The notes: generated by a model not told the origin, from the sequence alone. A DNA stretch of 64,000 nt from Bacillota bacterium (GCA_040753155.1 JBFMEU010000004.1:1056-65055); one strand, 5' to 3'; positions 52,154-62,650 are shown, counted from the stretch's first letter. Program-made: numbers and translations.

Positions 52154-52212
52154 TGACCGCTAAACCTTAGTCGCACTTATTTCGAGCTTACAGCCTGTTA
52201 ATCCCATTAGTT

Positions 52213-52264
52213 GGGGACATTCCTGTCCCCAGAGAAATACCCAAGCTTCAGCAGGTGTGTCCCC
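52213..52264 (+). repeat. family-D hairpin module (split/extended form)
   Basis: ggggacattcctgtcccc-agagaaatacccaagcttcagc-aggtgtgtcccc lies inside the long C hairpin. Confidence 0.6.
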
Positions 52265-52445
52265 TTTCCTTATGCGAGGGCGGGGTCTTACAGGCTGTGC
52301 GAAGATAAACCGCAAGTACGAACAGGTGCGCCTTCTGCCATACCAGTAAATCTTCAAATGTTTTCGCTGGTTTTCTCATTCTGACTCCTGACTTCTGACT
52401 CCTGACTCCTGAGTAGTTACAAGTTTTTTTTGAGGAGGGGTTTGC

Positions 52446-53393
52446 ATGAAGCGCAAGGTAATAGCCGCGGCTGTAATTGCCGTGGTCCTGATTTCCCTGG
52501 TGGCAGCCTCCGCCCGCCTGGCCAGCCGGGATTTAATGGCTGCAGGGGCGGGCAAAGACCGGGTGGCCGTACTGCATATCAGCGGGGTGATTATGGGGGG
52601 CAAGGGTGTAGGCGGCCTTTTCGGGGCAACCACCGGGGCTGACGATATGATGGGCCTGCTGCGGGAGGTTGGCCGGGATCCCTCCATCAAGGCCGTGGTG
52701 TTAAGAATTAACAGCCCTGGCGGCACCACCGGGGCCTCCCAGGAACTGGGCATGGAAATAGAGAGGCTGCGGGAGTCGGGGGTGGTAGTGGTCGCCTCCA
52801 TGTCTGATGTGGCAGCCTCCGGGGGCTACTGGATTTCAGCCTGCAGCGACTACATTATGGCCTCACCCGGCACAACCACCGGCAGTATCGGGGTGATTAT
52901 TGAAACCCAGGACCTGCAGGGCCTGTATGATAAATTGGGCATAGACAGCGACGTATTCAAGAGCGGGCCCCATAAAGACATGGGTTCCCCCAACCGGGAC
53001 CTTACGCAAACCGAAAGGGCCATTTTGCAGGGCATGGTGGATGATCTGTACCAGCAGTTTGTTGACGTAGTGGCCAAAGGGCGGGACCTGGACCGGGCGC
53101 AGGTGCTGGAGATTGCTGACGGGCGGGTCTTTACCGGCCGCCAGGCCATGGAGGCCGGGCTGGTGGATGAAATGGGGAATTATTATGATGCCGTGGCCAA
53201 GGCCGCGGAGTTGGCCGGCATCGAGGGTGAGCCGGAAATTTATGAGCTTGAACCCCTTGGGGGCTGGCAAAGCTTGCTGGGTGAAATTCGCCTGGGCCGG
53301 CTGGCGGGTCCCTGGCAGCAGCAGCCCGTCCCTGTGCCCGCAGGACTGTGGCTGCTGGACCCCAACCTGCCGGCGGGATATTATGCCCGGTAG
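52446..53393 (+). CDS. sppA: signal peptide peptidase SppA (36K type)
   Basis: 315 aa with an N-terminal TM helix and the GGYWISA serine motif region. Confidence 0.85.
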   Translation: MKRKVIAAAVIAVVLISLVAASARLASRDLMAAGAGKDRVAVLHISGVIMGGKGVGGLFGATTGADDMMGLLREVGRDPSIKAVVLRINSPGGTTGASQELGMEIERLRESGVVVVASMSDVAASGGYWISACSDYIMASPGTTTGSIGVIIETQDLQGLYDKLGIDSDVFKSGPHKDMGSPNRDLTQTERAILQGMVDDLYQQFVDVVAKGRDLDRAQVLEIADGRVFTGRQAMEAGLVDEMGNYYDAVAKAAELAGIEGEPEIYELEPLGGWQSLLGEIRLGRLAGPWQQQPVPVPAGLWLLDPNLPAGYYAR

Positions 53394-53409
53394 ATATACT
53401 CATCTTATT

Positions 53410-53520
53410 CCTGCAGCAGGTACCTATCACCTTGGCTCAAGAGCTGCGAAAATTGGGGACATTCCCCACAGGGGTGTGTTCCCATACCTAAGCCAAAGAC
53501 TTGCGGCTCGTCGTTAAGCG
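53410..53520 (+). repeat. family-E repeat, copy E2 (left arm only, with a D module inserted)
   Basis: cctgcagcaggtacctatcaccttggctcaagagctgcg-[D]-gccaaagacttgcggctcgtcgttaagcg aligns to 33446-33513. Confidence 0.7.
53455..53483 (+). repeat. family-D hairpin module inside E2
   Basis: ggggacattcccc-aca-ggggtgtgttccc. The 43 nt insert at 53449-53491 is absent from E1. Confidence 0.6.
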
Positions 53521-53583
53521 TTGAGAACCAGTGATTTTTCCCAATATATGTATTTTAGCCGTTGCTTGAGAGGGGGCATCTTC

Positions 53584-54372
53584 ATGGCGGAAGATAAACA
53601 GCAGTCCAGTAGCATGGAACCCGGGGATGCGGGCGACGCGGCGATTGACCTGAACCAGGACAAGGACAGCGGTAAAGACCCGGTTGCTGCGGGGCTGGCT
53701 GGCGGTGAGGCCTGCCCCATTGATTCGGGCGCACTGGTACCGGGCCGGGAGGGGCTATTGGAACTGATCTACGGGGTGCTTTTTGACCCGGCCAATACCT
53801 TTCGCTGTATTGCCCCCCGGCCGCCAATACTGTTAACTTTAATTATTTTTTCCCTTTTGAACTTAACCCTCTCCCTGATGGGGTATATTGTTATTGCCAG
53901 ACTATTTTTTGCCGATGTCGCAACACCCCTGGCCAACTGGTATTTGCACGGTCTGGGTCCGCTTCTGGTGCTGGGGGGGCTTGCTGTTCACTATACCAAA
54001 TGGTTTGTTTACAGCGGTTTGCTAAACCTGCTGGCAGAGCTACTGGGGGGCCGGGGCCGGGCCCGGAGTGTTTTTGTTGTTTACGGGCTGGCCGGAATTC
54101 CCACCGCCCTGATGGCACCCGTCCTGATGCTGTTTTTAGTCATCCTGCCGCCGGGCTTTCCCGGCCTTCCCCTGGCGGTACTTACCGCCCTGGGGGTGGT
54201 TGCCTGGAGTACGGCGCTCCTGGTGGTGGGGATCAGGGAGGCGCACAGCCTGTCCACCTACCGGGCCGCCCTGGTGGTTGCAACTCCGGTGGCTGCCCTG
54301 TTTATAGCCCTGATCTGCGGTTTTTTGTTGTTAATAGCCATTTCGGCCCGGCTGTACACTTTGTTCGGCTAA
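53584..54372 (+). CDS. Yip1-family multi-pass membrane protein
   Basis: The ATG at 53584 has a GAGGGGG RBS. A low-complexity N-terminus is followed by LLELIYGVLFDPANTF and five TM helices. Confidence 0.5.
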   Translation: MAEDKQQSSSMEPGDAGDAAIDLNQDKDSGKDPVAAGLAGGEACPIDSGALVPGREGLLELIYGVLFDPANTFRCIAPRPPILLTLIIFSLLNLTLSLMGYIVIARLFFADVATPLANWYLHGLGPLLVLGGLAVHYTKWFVYSGLLNLLAELLGGRGRARSVFVVYGLAGIPTALMAPVLMLFLVILPPGFPGLPLAVLTALGVVAWSTALLVVGIREAHSLSTYRAALVVATPVAALFIALICGFLLLIAISARLYTLFG

Positions 54373-54513
54373 TATTATTTGGCCGGCCTGAAGGGATTTC
54401 TTTCCATAGCAGCGAATGCATATCATTATTATTCAGGTATTCAGAATTCAGGAGTCAGAATTCAGAATAACCGTATATCTCATACTTCGGAAACGCCATG
54501 GATAAACGATAAA

Positions 54514-54637
54514 GAAGACTTGGTTCAGGTGTGGTTTTAACCCATACGTTGGGGACATTCCTCCGAAGGAGGTGTGTCCCCTGACCGCTAAACCTTAGTC
54601 ACACTTATTTCGAGCTTACAGGCTGTGCGAAGATAAA
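54514..54637 (+). repeat. family-C repeat nested in B10 (124 bp form; long hairpin collapsed)
   Basis: gaagacttggttcaggtgtgg...cgagcttaca|ggctgtgcgaagataaa. The deletion lies between cttaca repeats. Confidence 0.75.
54551..54581 (+). repeat. family-D hairpin module
   Basis: Identical to 52123-52153. Confidence 0.7.
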
Positions 54638-54782
54638 CCGCAAGTACAAACAGGTGCGCCTTCTGCCATACCAGTAAATCTTTAAATGTTTTTGCTGGTT
54701 TTCTAATTCTGACTCCTGATTTAAAAAAGGATTTTTCTCTTATAACGGCGTATGTATATTAATCATAAATTTATAAGCAGCC

Positions 54783-54853
54783 CTGCCGGCGCGGAGTATT
54801 GGAGTGAGCGGCGCCAACGCCGCGCCTTAACACAGGTATTCCTGAATGCATAC
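54783..54853 (+). repeat. family-F 71 nt conserved motif, copy F2
   Basis: ctgccggcgcggagtattggagtgagcgg...ccttaacacaggt...ctgaatgcatac. It overlaps the track start codon at 54846. Confidence 0.6.
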
Positions 54854-55565
54854 TGGTTTTCTTGCTGAGGAGGTAGTGTTAACATTGGTTCTAATCACGG
54901 AAACGCTTTTGGCCATGCGTTGCCCTGATTGTGGCAAGCTGGAATATCATAAGGTTTCCCGTTTCGGTTTCAGCGGCGCCAGAATAATAGAAATTTTTTG
55001 TGCTTGCGGGGCGCTGAAGTTAACCATCAGCACCAAGAACCGGAAGGATTTTTGGCTGCAAATTCCCTGCGTGGTTTGTGAGGCCAAGCATCTCCGCAGT
55101 ATCCCCGGCAAGAAGCTGTGGTCAGGTCAGGTGGTGTACCTGTGCTGCCAGGAAACGGGCCTGGAATTGGGCTATCTGGGACCCGGGGACCAGGTCAGGG
55201 AACTCGCTCCCGGCTTTGAGGATGATATGGAGGCACTGGCCGGCGAGCTGGGTGGCGACGAGTATTTCCACAATTCCGATGTTATGTACGAGGTGCTTAA
55301 CCGCCTCCATGACATTGCCGAGAACAGCTCCTTGTACTGCCAGTGCGGCAACCAGCGGATTGAGGTGGACATTTTCCCCGACCGGCTGGAACTGCACTGC
55401 AAAGACTGTGACAGTGTGAATATCATTTATGCCGAAACAGATGACGATTTACGGGTTATTCTGCAGGTGGAAACCATTGAGCTTACCCGCAGCGGCTTTG
55501 GCTGCCTGGACAGCCTGGTTAACACCAGCAAGCCCAAAAAGACCAGGCGGAAAAGAAATAAGTAG
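54846..55565 (+). CDS. hypothetical zinc-ribbon protein (start uncertain, possibly 54879-54915)
   Basis: Contains CPDCG...CACG and CQCG...CKDC pairs and a basic tail KPKKTRRKRNK. A GAGGAGG RBS lies at about 54868. Confidence 0.5.
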   Translation: MHTGFLAEEVVLTLVLITETLLAMRCPDCGKLEYHKVSRFGFSGARIIEIFCACGALKLTISTKNRKDFWLQIPCVVCEAKHLRSIPGKKLWSGQVVYLCCQETGLELGYLGPGDQVRELAPGFEDDMEALAGELGGDEYFHNSDVMYEVLNRLHDIAENSSLYCQCGNQRIEVDIFPDRLELHCKDCDSVNIIYAETDDDLRVILQVETIELTRSGFGCLDSLVNTSKPKKTRRKRNK

Positions 55566-55673
55566 CTGGAAAAACCCCCCTCCGGGGGGTATAATTATTT
55601 TAGTGAGATTTTGGTATACTTTTTACAGGGCCTGCCAGACAAATGTAAATTTCAAGAGGAGGTCAGCAAAATT

Positions 55674-56528
55674 ATGGCACTTGTTCCCATTGACGTATTG
55701 CTAAAGGAGGCTGCGTCCGGCGGCTATGCCGTGGGCGCCTTTAACTGCAACAACATGGAGATTGTCCAGGCCATTGCCGCCGCTGCCCGGGAAGAGCGGG
55801 CGCCGGTAATTATGCAGGCCAGCCAGGGGGCCATCAAATATGCCGGCATAGACTATATCGTGGCTATGGTGCGGGTGGCGGCCGGGGAGGCCGGGGTTCC
55901 GGTGGCGCTGCACCTTGACCACGGCACCAGCTTTGCCCAAGTGATGCAGTGCATAAGGTCCGGCTTCAGCTCGGTAATGATCGACGGATCAAAACATGCC
56001 CTGGAGGAAAATATAGCCTTGACCAACCTGGTGCTGCAGGCTGCCCGGGCGGTGGGGGTTTCTGTTGAGGCCGAGCTGGGTAAAATAGGCGGTACCGAGG
56101 ATGATATTGTGGTTTCCGAGCGGGAGGCGCTGTTCACCGATCCAGAGGAGGCCCGCTATTTTGTTGATCGCACCGGGGTGGACGCCCTGGCGGTGGCCAT
56201 CGGTACGGCCCATGGTCAGTATAAGGGGGTCCCCCGGCTGGATTTTGACCGGCTGCGGAAAATCAGGTCCCTCATCGATACCCCCATCGTGCTCCACGGC
56301 TCCTCCGGCGTACCCGACGACGCCATCCGGGAGGCCATTGAGATCGGGGTGAGTAAAATCAACATTGACACCAACATCCGGGAGGCCTTTACCGATCGCA
56401 CCCGGCAGGTTGTGGCTGACCAGCCCGGTGAAATCGACCCCCGCAAGATACTGGGCCCGGCCCGGGAGGCGGCCACCGAAATCATCAGGGAAAAAATTCG
56501 CCTCTTTGGCAGCTCCAACAGGGTCTAA
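55674..56528 (+). CDS. fba: class II fructose-1,6-bisphosphate aldolase
   Basis: [24 protein letters not shown], the LHLDHG motif, and a GAGGAGG RBS. The track start at 55611 is an extension. Confidence 0.9.
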   Translation: MALVPIDVLLKEAASGGYAVGAFNCNNMEIVQAIAAAAREERAPVIMQASQGAIKYAGIDYIVAMVRVAAGEAGVPVALHLDHGTSFAQVMQCIRSGFSSVMIDGSKHALEENIALTNLVLQAARAVGVSVEAELGKIGGTEDDIVVSEREALFTDPEEARYFVDRTGVDALAVAIGTAHGQYKGVPRLDFDRLRKIRSLIDTPIVLHGSSGVPDDAIREAIEIGVSKINIDTNIREAFTDRTRQVVADQPGEIDPRKILGPAREAATEIIREKIRLFGSSNRV

Positions 56529-56562
56529 GCCAGGAATAAAAAGAAATTGGAGGGTTGAGAGC

Positions 56563-57207
56563 ATGAGGCTTTTTATCGACACAGCCAATATTGATGAAAT
56601 AAAAAGCGCCTATGAGCTGGGTGTAATCAGCGGTGTTACCACCAATCCATCCTTGATCGCCAGGGAGGGGCGGGACTTTGTCCAGGTGGTCAGGGAAATA
56701 ACCGCCATCGTTGACGGGCCTGTCAGCGCCGAGGTGATAAGCCCGGACGCGGCGGGTATGCTGGCCGAGGCCAGGGAGCTGGCGGCAGTTCACCCCAATA
56801 TCGTGATTAAAATTCCCATGACCGCCGAAGGCCTCAAGGCCACCAAAATATGCGCCCGGGAGGGCATCAAGACCAATGTCACCCTGGTGTTTTCCGCCAA
56901 CCAGGCCCTGCTGGCCGCCCTGGCCGGGGCTACTTATGTCAGTCCCTTTGTCGGTCGCCTGGACGACATCGGCTACGAGGGCATGGATTTGATTGCCGAT
57001 ATTATTACCATTTTCGACAACTTCGGCTATGACGCGCAGGTTATTTCCGCCAGCATTCGTCATCCCATGCATGTAACCGAATCGGCTAAAGCCGGGGCGC
57101 ATATCGCAACGGTGCCCTATAAGGTGCTGATGCAAATGGTTAAGCACCCCCTGACTGATCTGGGGGTGGAAAAGTTCCTGGCCGACTGGAACCGGGCGCC
57201 CAAGTAA
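56563..57207 (+). CDS. tal: transaldolase / fructose-6-phosphate aldolase (short type)
   Basis: [14 protein letters not shown]...GVTTNPSL, 214 aa, with a GGAGGG RBS. The track ORF from 56365 overlaps fba in another frame. Confidence 0.9.
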   Translation: MRLFIDTANIDEIKSAYELGVISGVTTNPSLIAREGRDFVQVVREITAIVDGPVSAEVISPDAAGMLAEARELAAVHPNIVIKIPMTAEGLKATKICAREGIKTNVTLVFSANQALLAALAGATYVSPFVGRLDDIGYEGMDLIADIITIFDNFGYDAQVISASIRHPMHVTESAKAGAHIATVPYKVLMQMVKHPLTDLGVEKFLADWNRAPK

Positions 57208-57514
57208 CGCCTTGACTTTAGTGACAAAGCAGAGATATACTTAATTAGTCCCTCGATTTTTTACTCCTACCGGTAATAAGTATCCCCGCAGCTTATTTAC
57301 TGGCCTGCCTTATCCGTGTCAATGCTGTGGCCGCAGTATTGGCAGCCATGTTTTTCAAGTTTATGGTTCCAGTATTTTATGCTTTAAACATAATGACCGG
57401 CATGGCCCTTTTGGGCCGGTGGCCGGGACAGTGGTTATGGAGCAAATAGCAAGCCTGAAGTGGCCGGAGTACCTGTCTTATTTATATAAATAATAATCAT
57501 CCACTGAAGGAGGG

Positions 57515-58792
57515 ATGCCCTTGAATTACTCCGATCTGGAAGGTAAAACCATGGTTGAACTTTACCGTTTGGCCAGGGAAATGGACCTTATAGGTTATTC
57601 CCGCCTCCGCAAGAAGGAGTTGATTTTTGAATTAATCAAGACCCAGACGGAGAAAAACGGGCTTATCTACGCCAAGGGAGTGCTGGAAATACTCCCGGAC
57701 GGGTACGGCTTTCTGCGGCCGTTTCAGTATTTACCCAGTCATGATGACATTTATGTATCTTCCTCCCAAATTAGGCGTTTTGACCTGCGCACCGGTGATC
57801 TGGTGGCCGGGCTGGTTCGTGGCCCCAAGGATAATGAGCGCTATTTCGCCCTCCTGCGGGTGGAGCAGGTTAACGGTCAGGATGCTGAACTGGCCGCCGA
57901 GCGCCTGCACTTTGACGGCCTCACACCCCTCTATCCTCAAGAAAGAATAAAACTGGAAACCTCAGCCGACCGGCTGTCCACCAGGATCATTGATCTCATT
58001 GCCCCCCTGGGCAAGGGGCAAAGGGGTCTGATTGTAGCCCCCCCCAAAGCCGGCAAAACTGTTTTACTCAAGGAAATAGCCAACAGCATCAGCCACAACT
58101 ATCCTGATGCTTACCTGATGGTGCTGCTGATCGACGAGCGGCCTGAGGAAGTCACCGACATTGAGCGCTCTGTGCAGGGTGAGGTGGTCAGCTCCACCTT
58201 CGATGAGCCGCCGGAAAACCACGTCAAGGTGGCGGACATGGTGCTGGAGCGGGCCAAGCGCCTGGTGGAGCACAAGCAGGATGTGGTCATCCTGATGGAC
58301 AGTATCACCCGCCTGGCCCGGGCGCACAACCTGGTGGTGCCTCCCAGCGGGCGCACCCTGAGCGGCGGTGTTGACCCGGCGGCCCTGCACCGCCCGAAAC
58401 GGTTTTTCGGGGCGGCCAGGAACCTGGAGGAGGGCGGCAGCCTGACCATATTGGCCACCGCTCTGGTGGAGACCGGCAGCCGCATGGATGACGTTATTTT
58501 TGAAGAATTCAAGGGAACCGGCAATATGGAGCTGATTCTCGACCGCCGGCTGGCCGACAAGCGTGTTTTCCCGGCCCTGGACGTGCTTCGCTCGGGAACC
58601 CGCAAAGAGGAGCTCTTACTAAATAAAGAAGAGTTGGAGTGGATGTGGCAGCTGCGCAAGGGTTCCGCCGGCATGGCGCCCTGGGAGGTAATGGACCTGC
58701 TGCTGGACCGGATGAAAAGAAGCAAGTCCAATGCCGAGCTGATGCAGAATATGCGTCTGCAGCACCGCCGGCCGACCATATCCACCAAGTAA
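57515..58792 (+). CDS. rho: transcription termination factor Rho
   Basis: N-terminal Rho_N domain ([27 protein letters not shown]), an RNA-binding domain, and a Walker A motif PPKAGKT. The TTG at 57521 is an alternative start. Confidence 0.95.
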   Translation: MPLNYSDLEGKTMVELYRLAREMDLIGYSRLRKKELIFELIKTQTEKNGLIYAKGVLEILPDGYGFLRPFQYLPSHDDIYVSSSQIRRFDLRTGDLVAGLVRGPKDNERYFALLRVEQVNGQDAELAAERLHFDGLTPLYPQERIKLETSADRLSTRIIDLIAPLGKGQRGLIVAPPKAGKTVLLKEIANSISHNYPDAYLMVLLIDERPEEVTDIERSVQGEVVSSTFDEPPENHVKVADMVLERAKRLVEHKQDVVILMDSITRLARAHNLVVPPSGRTLSGGVDPAALHRPKRFFGAARNLEEGGSLTILATALVETGSRMDDVIFEEFKGTGNMELILDRRLADKRVFPALDVLRSGTRKEELLLNKEELEWMWQLRKGSAGMAPWEVMDLLLDRMKRSKSNAELMQNMRLQHRRPTISTK

Positions 58793-58811
58793 TAGCATCG
58801 TAAAATAAGTA

Positions 58812-58850
58812 GGCGGGCTGCTTTTCCCCGGGAGAAGCAGCCCGCCACTT
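58812..58850 (+). terminator. rho-independent terminator after rho
   Basis: ggcgggctgcttttc-cccggg-agaagcagcccgcc followed by acttt. Confidence 0.65.
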
Positions 58851-58874
58851 TTACTGTGAAAATAGTCCTGATTA

Positions 58875-59043
58875 GTAACTACTCAGGAGTCAGGAGTCAG
58901 TAGTCAGGAGTCAGAATGAGTCTTGGATACGGTGATATTTACGAAACAAAACTTCTCTTGTAAGAGGTTGGTAAATTGCTGGAAGCATATTCTCGGGGCA
59001 TTCTGAATTCTGACTCCTGAATTCTGAATACCTGAATAGTAAC
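58875..59043 (+). mobile_element. family-B element copy B7 (both TIRs plus the 3' end of the four-helix-bundle gene)
   Basis: The left TIR runs up to atgag, then LGYGDIYETKLLL-EVGKLLEAYSRG-like C-terminal coding remnant, then the right TIR. A perfect 8 bp direct repeat cctgatta lies on both sides. Confidence 0.85.
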
Positions 59044-59152
59044 CCTGATTATAATACTGGATATGGTGTGCAGCTCCAGGTTGCTAATTTCAAGAATAAG
59101 GCTTATAGGTAAACTTCGCTAAACACTACAACCTCCAGCATTTTTGGGGCAA

Positions 59153-61354
59153 CTAGCCGGCCGTGAGGGCGCGGACCAGGATTTGGGCCGCCTCGCCCCG
59201 GGTGATGGTATCCGACGGCGCAAACTTGCCCTCCTTGAGGGGGAGCAGGCCCAGCCCCGCCGCCGAGGCGGCGTAGCCCCGTTCGGCCTCGGGCACGGCG
59301 CCGGCGTCGGCAGCCTCCAGCTTGAACAGGGCGGACAGCCTGGCCAGGGGGCCGTAGCCCCGGGCGTTAACCAGCAGCCGGGCCGCCTGCAGTCTTGTTG
59401 CCGGCGCTTCAGGGTCAAGCCGGCAGCCGGTGTCAAGGATGCCCAGGGCCAGGGCCTGCCTCATAAAGGGCTGGTACCAGGGCTCATTTTCTCCGGGCGT
59501 GCGGTCCGGGTAATAATAGCTCGGGCTGTAGGCCGACACCAGCATGGCAATCAGCTCGGCCCCGGTAATCTGGTCGTTGGGGCGGAACAGGTTATTATCA
59601 CTGCTGACAATGCCTGCCCCGGCCAGGAGCAGAATGTCTTGTTCTGCCGGGTGACCGGCAATGTCGCTGAACTCAATGTTTTTATCTTTAACCGGGTTGC
59701 CCTCGAAGTCAAGCTTGTTGCCGGTGCGGGCGTCAATCATAAACTCCAGCCGCATTTCCGGCCGGTACATCAGGGCGTAGGACGGCTCACGCTCCGGCTT
59801 CCAGTGGTGATAGCGCTGCAGGTATTCCAGGGTCAGCGGGTTTTTGACCGCATAGATTTCATTGGCCTTGCTGCGGGCCAGAATGCCCTCGGGTTGCGGG
59901 AAGTCAGTGTTCCACCAACGCAGATTGTAGCTGGTTATTTCACCGGTGGTGGAGTTGATGGTTACGTTAAAGCCGTTATCCGGAAAGGGGATCTCATTTA
60001 CCAGGCGGGCGTAGTTAAAACCATAGGCCCTGGGCAGCGGATCCCCCGTTTTGGGCCAGGGGCCCGGTTCCCGGGTGGTGCGGCGCAGTTCGACCTGCTT
60101 GAATTTTTCCGGCTGCAGCCGCTGCAGCAACTCTTCTGCCTTAACCCGGGCCTCGGCCTCACTCAGGTTAACCGCCGGGGCCTTATAGTCCTCCTCGCGC
60201 TGGTATGAACTAAAGCTCTGCAGTTCGCCGGAGAGGGCGTCCACAGTCAGATTTACGCTTACGGTATCGTCCTGATTGGCATAGGTGAAGTACCAAACCT
60301 TGCTTCCCGGCGCGCTCCAGCTTGAGGAAAGACTTGAGTGCCTGAGATTGACCCCGGCCGGCAGCCGGTAAGCCTGCTCAGCCTTATTGCGGGCCGCCTC
60401 AATGCTTAAGAGTCCCCTTGTTTTCTCCACTACAGCAGATTCCTCGGGGCTTAGAGCGGCTGTTTCATTGGTGACTAAGCCGCTTCCACCGGCCCGCATA
60501 TCTGAGTAGAGGTAATAGTATTGATCATCCGGGTCAACCAGCTTCCCGGTCAGGGCGTCCAGCAGAAAGCCTCCTTCCCGCGGCTGGTAGACCAGGTACG
60601 GCCTCTCGCCGGTATCCCGCTCCCGGGAGCCGGTGTATACATAGACCAGTTCCAGGCCTTCGCCGTTAAAGATTTGCCTGGCCCGCTCCAGGCTGATGCG
60701 GCCGGCGGCCGGCGGCAGTTTGAGGTTATTGTTCCATCTCACCTGGAATTCCTGGATCTCTCCCGTTTCCCCGTTAACTGCCACGTTAATGCCGTTTTCT
60801 GATACCGGTATGCCGTCACTGAGGCGCATAAACCTGTAGTAATGAACATAGGGGTAGTCCCTGATTCCCGGCCCCGGCAGGGGCTGTACAAACCCATTGC
60901 TGTCAGGGGCGAGTTTTGTCTGGGCGAACCGTTCCGGTTGCAGCTGCCGGGCAAAATTTTCGGCTATTTTTTGGGCCTCCTGGCGGCTGTGCCGGGGCAG
61001 GCCGCTGTACCTGGTTCCCGGCTGAACGTGCTTGTACATATACATGGACATGATTTCGCCGCTCACGGCATTTACCGTCACGTGTAAATCACCGCCCCCG
61101 GAGCCTTCGCTGAACCAGCGGAGATTCCAGAAGGCCCCCTCGGTGTCTTCTGATGAAAAGCTGGAGTTGAACTGCTTGAACTCCGGGGGAACCGGAACAT
61201 TTTGCTTGGCGATGCCGATGGCCTTTTCCAGGCTCACCCCGGCCCCCCGCTCCCCGGCGCCGGGATTGGCCGGCGCCGGGGAAACCGCCAGCAAACAGGC
61301 CCAGAGCAAAGCCAAAAGCACAATACCGGCACGTTTTTTAGATTTACTTTCCAT
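59153..61354 (-). CDS. secreted SLH-domain cell-wall protein with repeated PepSY-like modules
   Basis: 733 aa with a signal peptide (KKRAGIVLLALLWACLLAVSPAPA), internal repeats, and three C-terminal SLH-like segments (FSDIAGHPAEQDILLLAGAGIV...). Confidence 0.65.
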   Translation of the reverse strand: MESKSKKRAGIVLLALLWACLLAVSPAPANPGAGERGAGVSLEKAIGIAKQNVPVPPEFKQFNSSFSSEDTEGAFWNLRWFSEGSGGGDLHVTVNAVSGEIMSMYMYKHVQPGTRYSGLPRHSRQEAQKIAENFARQLQPERFAQTKLAPDSNGFVQPLPGPGIRDYPYVHYYRFMRLSDGIPVSENGINVAVNGETGEIQEFQVRWNNNLKLPPAAGRISLERARQIFNGEGLELVYVYTGSRERDTGERPYLVYQPREGGFLLDALTGKLVDPDDQYYYLYSDMRAGGSGLVTNETAALSPEESAVVEKTRGLLSIEAARNKAEQAYRLPAGVNLRHSSLSSSWSAPGSKVWYFTYANQDDTVSVNLTVDALSGELQSFSSYQREEDYKAPAVNLSEAEARVKAEELLQRLQPEKFKQVELRRTTREPGPWPKTGDPLPRAYGFNYARLVNEIPFPDNGFNVTINSTTGEITSYNLRWWNTDFPQPEGILARSKANEIYAVKNPLTLEYLQRYHHWKPEREPSYALMYRPEMRLEFMIDARTGNKLDFEGNPVKDKNIEFSDIAGHPAEQDILLLAGAGIVSSDNNLFRPNDQITGAELIAMLVSAYSPSYYYPDRTPGENEPWYQPFMRQALALGILDTGCRLDPEAPATRLQAARLLVNARGYGPLARLSALFKLEAADAGAVPEAERGYAASAAGLGLLPLKEGKFAPSDTITRGEAAQILVRALTAG

Positions 61355-61627
61355 GTTTGTTAATGCCTCCCATCAATTTACTTCTTACCATATTGACGAA
61401 CAAGTCTCCGGTTTTGTTTCCTAATACAGCATTATTTGTGAAGCCTCTTCTGCCTGTGCTTCGCTTAGAGAAGAAGTAATTTATGGAAAACTGGTATAAA
61501 AACAGCAGTATTGGGAATAATCTAAAACAAGCTGCCCTACATCCGGCTGCGCGCCGGCAAGTTGGCGCCGGCCCCAAATGGGTCCTCGGGCACCGGCGGG
61601 GTAATTTATAGAGGGGTAAGAGTAGGA

Positions 61628-62560
61628 ATGTATGCAAAAGTAAAAAAGCTAAGGGAATATAAAATTGAATTAACCATGCTGGCCGCCCTGGCCGTGTTTC
61701 TGGGCTGGATGTTTGTCCAGGCCGGGCTGGCCGAGGCAAGGCTGGATGAGCTGATTTCCGGCGGCTCCGACTATGTCAGCCCGCCGGCGGAGCAGTCGTC
61801 GGCTGTGGTCCCGGCGGAAGAAGATGTTGAGCAAATCAGTATCTACCACGTTCGGGAGGGTGATACCCTGTGGGGGATTGCCGGAAAACTCAACTTGGAT
61901 GTCAACCGGCTGGCGGCAGTTAACAACCTGGATATGGATAATGCGCACCTGCTTTATCCGGGCCAAACGCTAAAGGCGCCGGGCGAGATAATCACCCACC
62001 GGGTTCAGGCCGGGGAAACCCTGCTGCACATTGCTTCCCGCTACCGGGTGCCGGCCGGGGCCATTGCCAGTCATAACAATCTGGATAACCCGGACCTGCT
62101 GGTGGCCGGCCAGGAACTGGTCATTCCCGGTGGCGGCGGACGGGATCTGATGCCCCCGGCTGTTTCCAGGACCCTGCCCCTGGGGCAGCTGGCCTGGCCG
62201 ACGGTAGGCTGGATCAGCTCCCACTATGGTATGAGGGACGGCCGGATGCACCAGGGACTTGACATAGCCGCGGACCATGGGGCGCCCATCCGGGCGGTCA
62301 GGTCCGGCTATGTAACCTTTGCCGGACCCCGGGGTACTTACGGCCTGACAGTAATCATTGACCACGGCGGCGGCCTGCAAACCCTGTACGCCCACTGTGC
62401 CAGCCTGCTGGTAACTGAGGGGCAGCAGGTCAAGGCCGGCGAACTGATCGCCCGGGTAGGCAGCACCGGGAGGTCAACCGGTCCGCACCTGCACCTGGAG
62501 GTGCTGCTGGACGGCATACCCTACGACCCGGTATTGTGCTTGCAGCGCATGTACGGATAG
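61628..62560 (+). CDS. LysM-domain M23 family metalloendopeptidase
   Basis: Two LysM segments (YHVREGDTLWGIAGKL, HRVQAGETLLHIASRY) and M23 motifs HQGLDIA and GSTGRSTGPHLHLE. The start at the ATG 61628 is preferred over 61562. Confidence 0.8.
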   Translation: MYAKVKKLREYKIELTMLAALAVFLGWMFVQAGLAEARLDELISGGSDYVSPPAEQSSAVVPAEEDVEQISIYHVREGDTLWGIAGKLNLDVNRLAAVNNLDMDNAHLLYPGQTLKAPGEIITHRVQAGETLLHIASRYRVPAGAIASHNNLDNPDLLVAGQELVIPGGGGRDLMPPAVSRTLPLGQLAWPTVGWISSHYGMRDGRMHQGLDIAADHGAPIRAVRSGYVTFAGPRGTYGLTVIIDHGGGLQTLYAHCASLLVTEGQQVKAGELIARVGSTGRSTGPHLHLEVLLDGIPYDPVLCLQRMYG

Positions 62561-62571
62561 GAAACAAGATG

Positions 62572-62633
62572 AAATGGGGGCGGGCAACTTTTTGGCAAAA
62601 AAAGTTGCCCGCCCCCATTTTTATAGCTATAAT
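62572..62633. terminator. long perfect hairpin, bidirectional terminator candidate
   Basis: aaatgggggcgggcaacttttt-ggc-aaaaaaagttgcccgcccccattttt. Confidence 0.75.
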
Positions 62634-62650
62634 GAACCGGGTGATGATAG

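Larger units (their letters stand above)
52086..52309 (+). repeat. family-C repeat nested in B9 (224 bp form)
   Basis: gaagacttggttcagg...cttacaggctgtgcgaagataaa, bounded by cGATAAA / aGATAAA. Confidence 0.8.
51996..52420 (-). mobile_element. family-B element copy B9 (largest composite: B interrupted by C, which carries two D modules)
   Basis: gttactattcagg...gagtagttac. The flanking direct repeats are aagctttt / aagttttt (7 of 8). The B gene remnant is split at gataaa by a 224 bp insert. Confidence 0.85.
54424..54719 (-). mobile_element. family-B element copy B10 (both TIRs degraded; same C insertion as B9)
   Basis: ...ttattattcaggtattcagaattcagg...ggttttctaattctgactcctga. The C insert is at the identical gataaa position. 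Confidence 0.75.

Noticed and set aside
56365-56562. The track's 66-codon N-terminal extension of the transaldolase ORF, which overlaps the fba 3' end.
   Set aside because: The canonical [14 protein letters not shown] start at 56563 has its own GGAGGG RBS. The extension is Pro/Arg-rich and overlaps fba in another frame.
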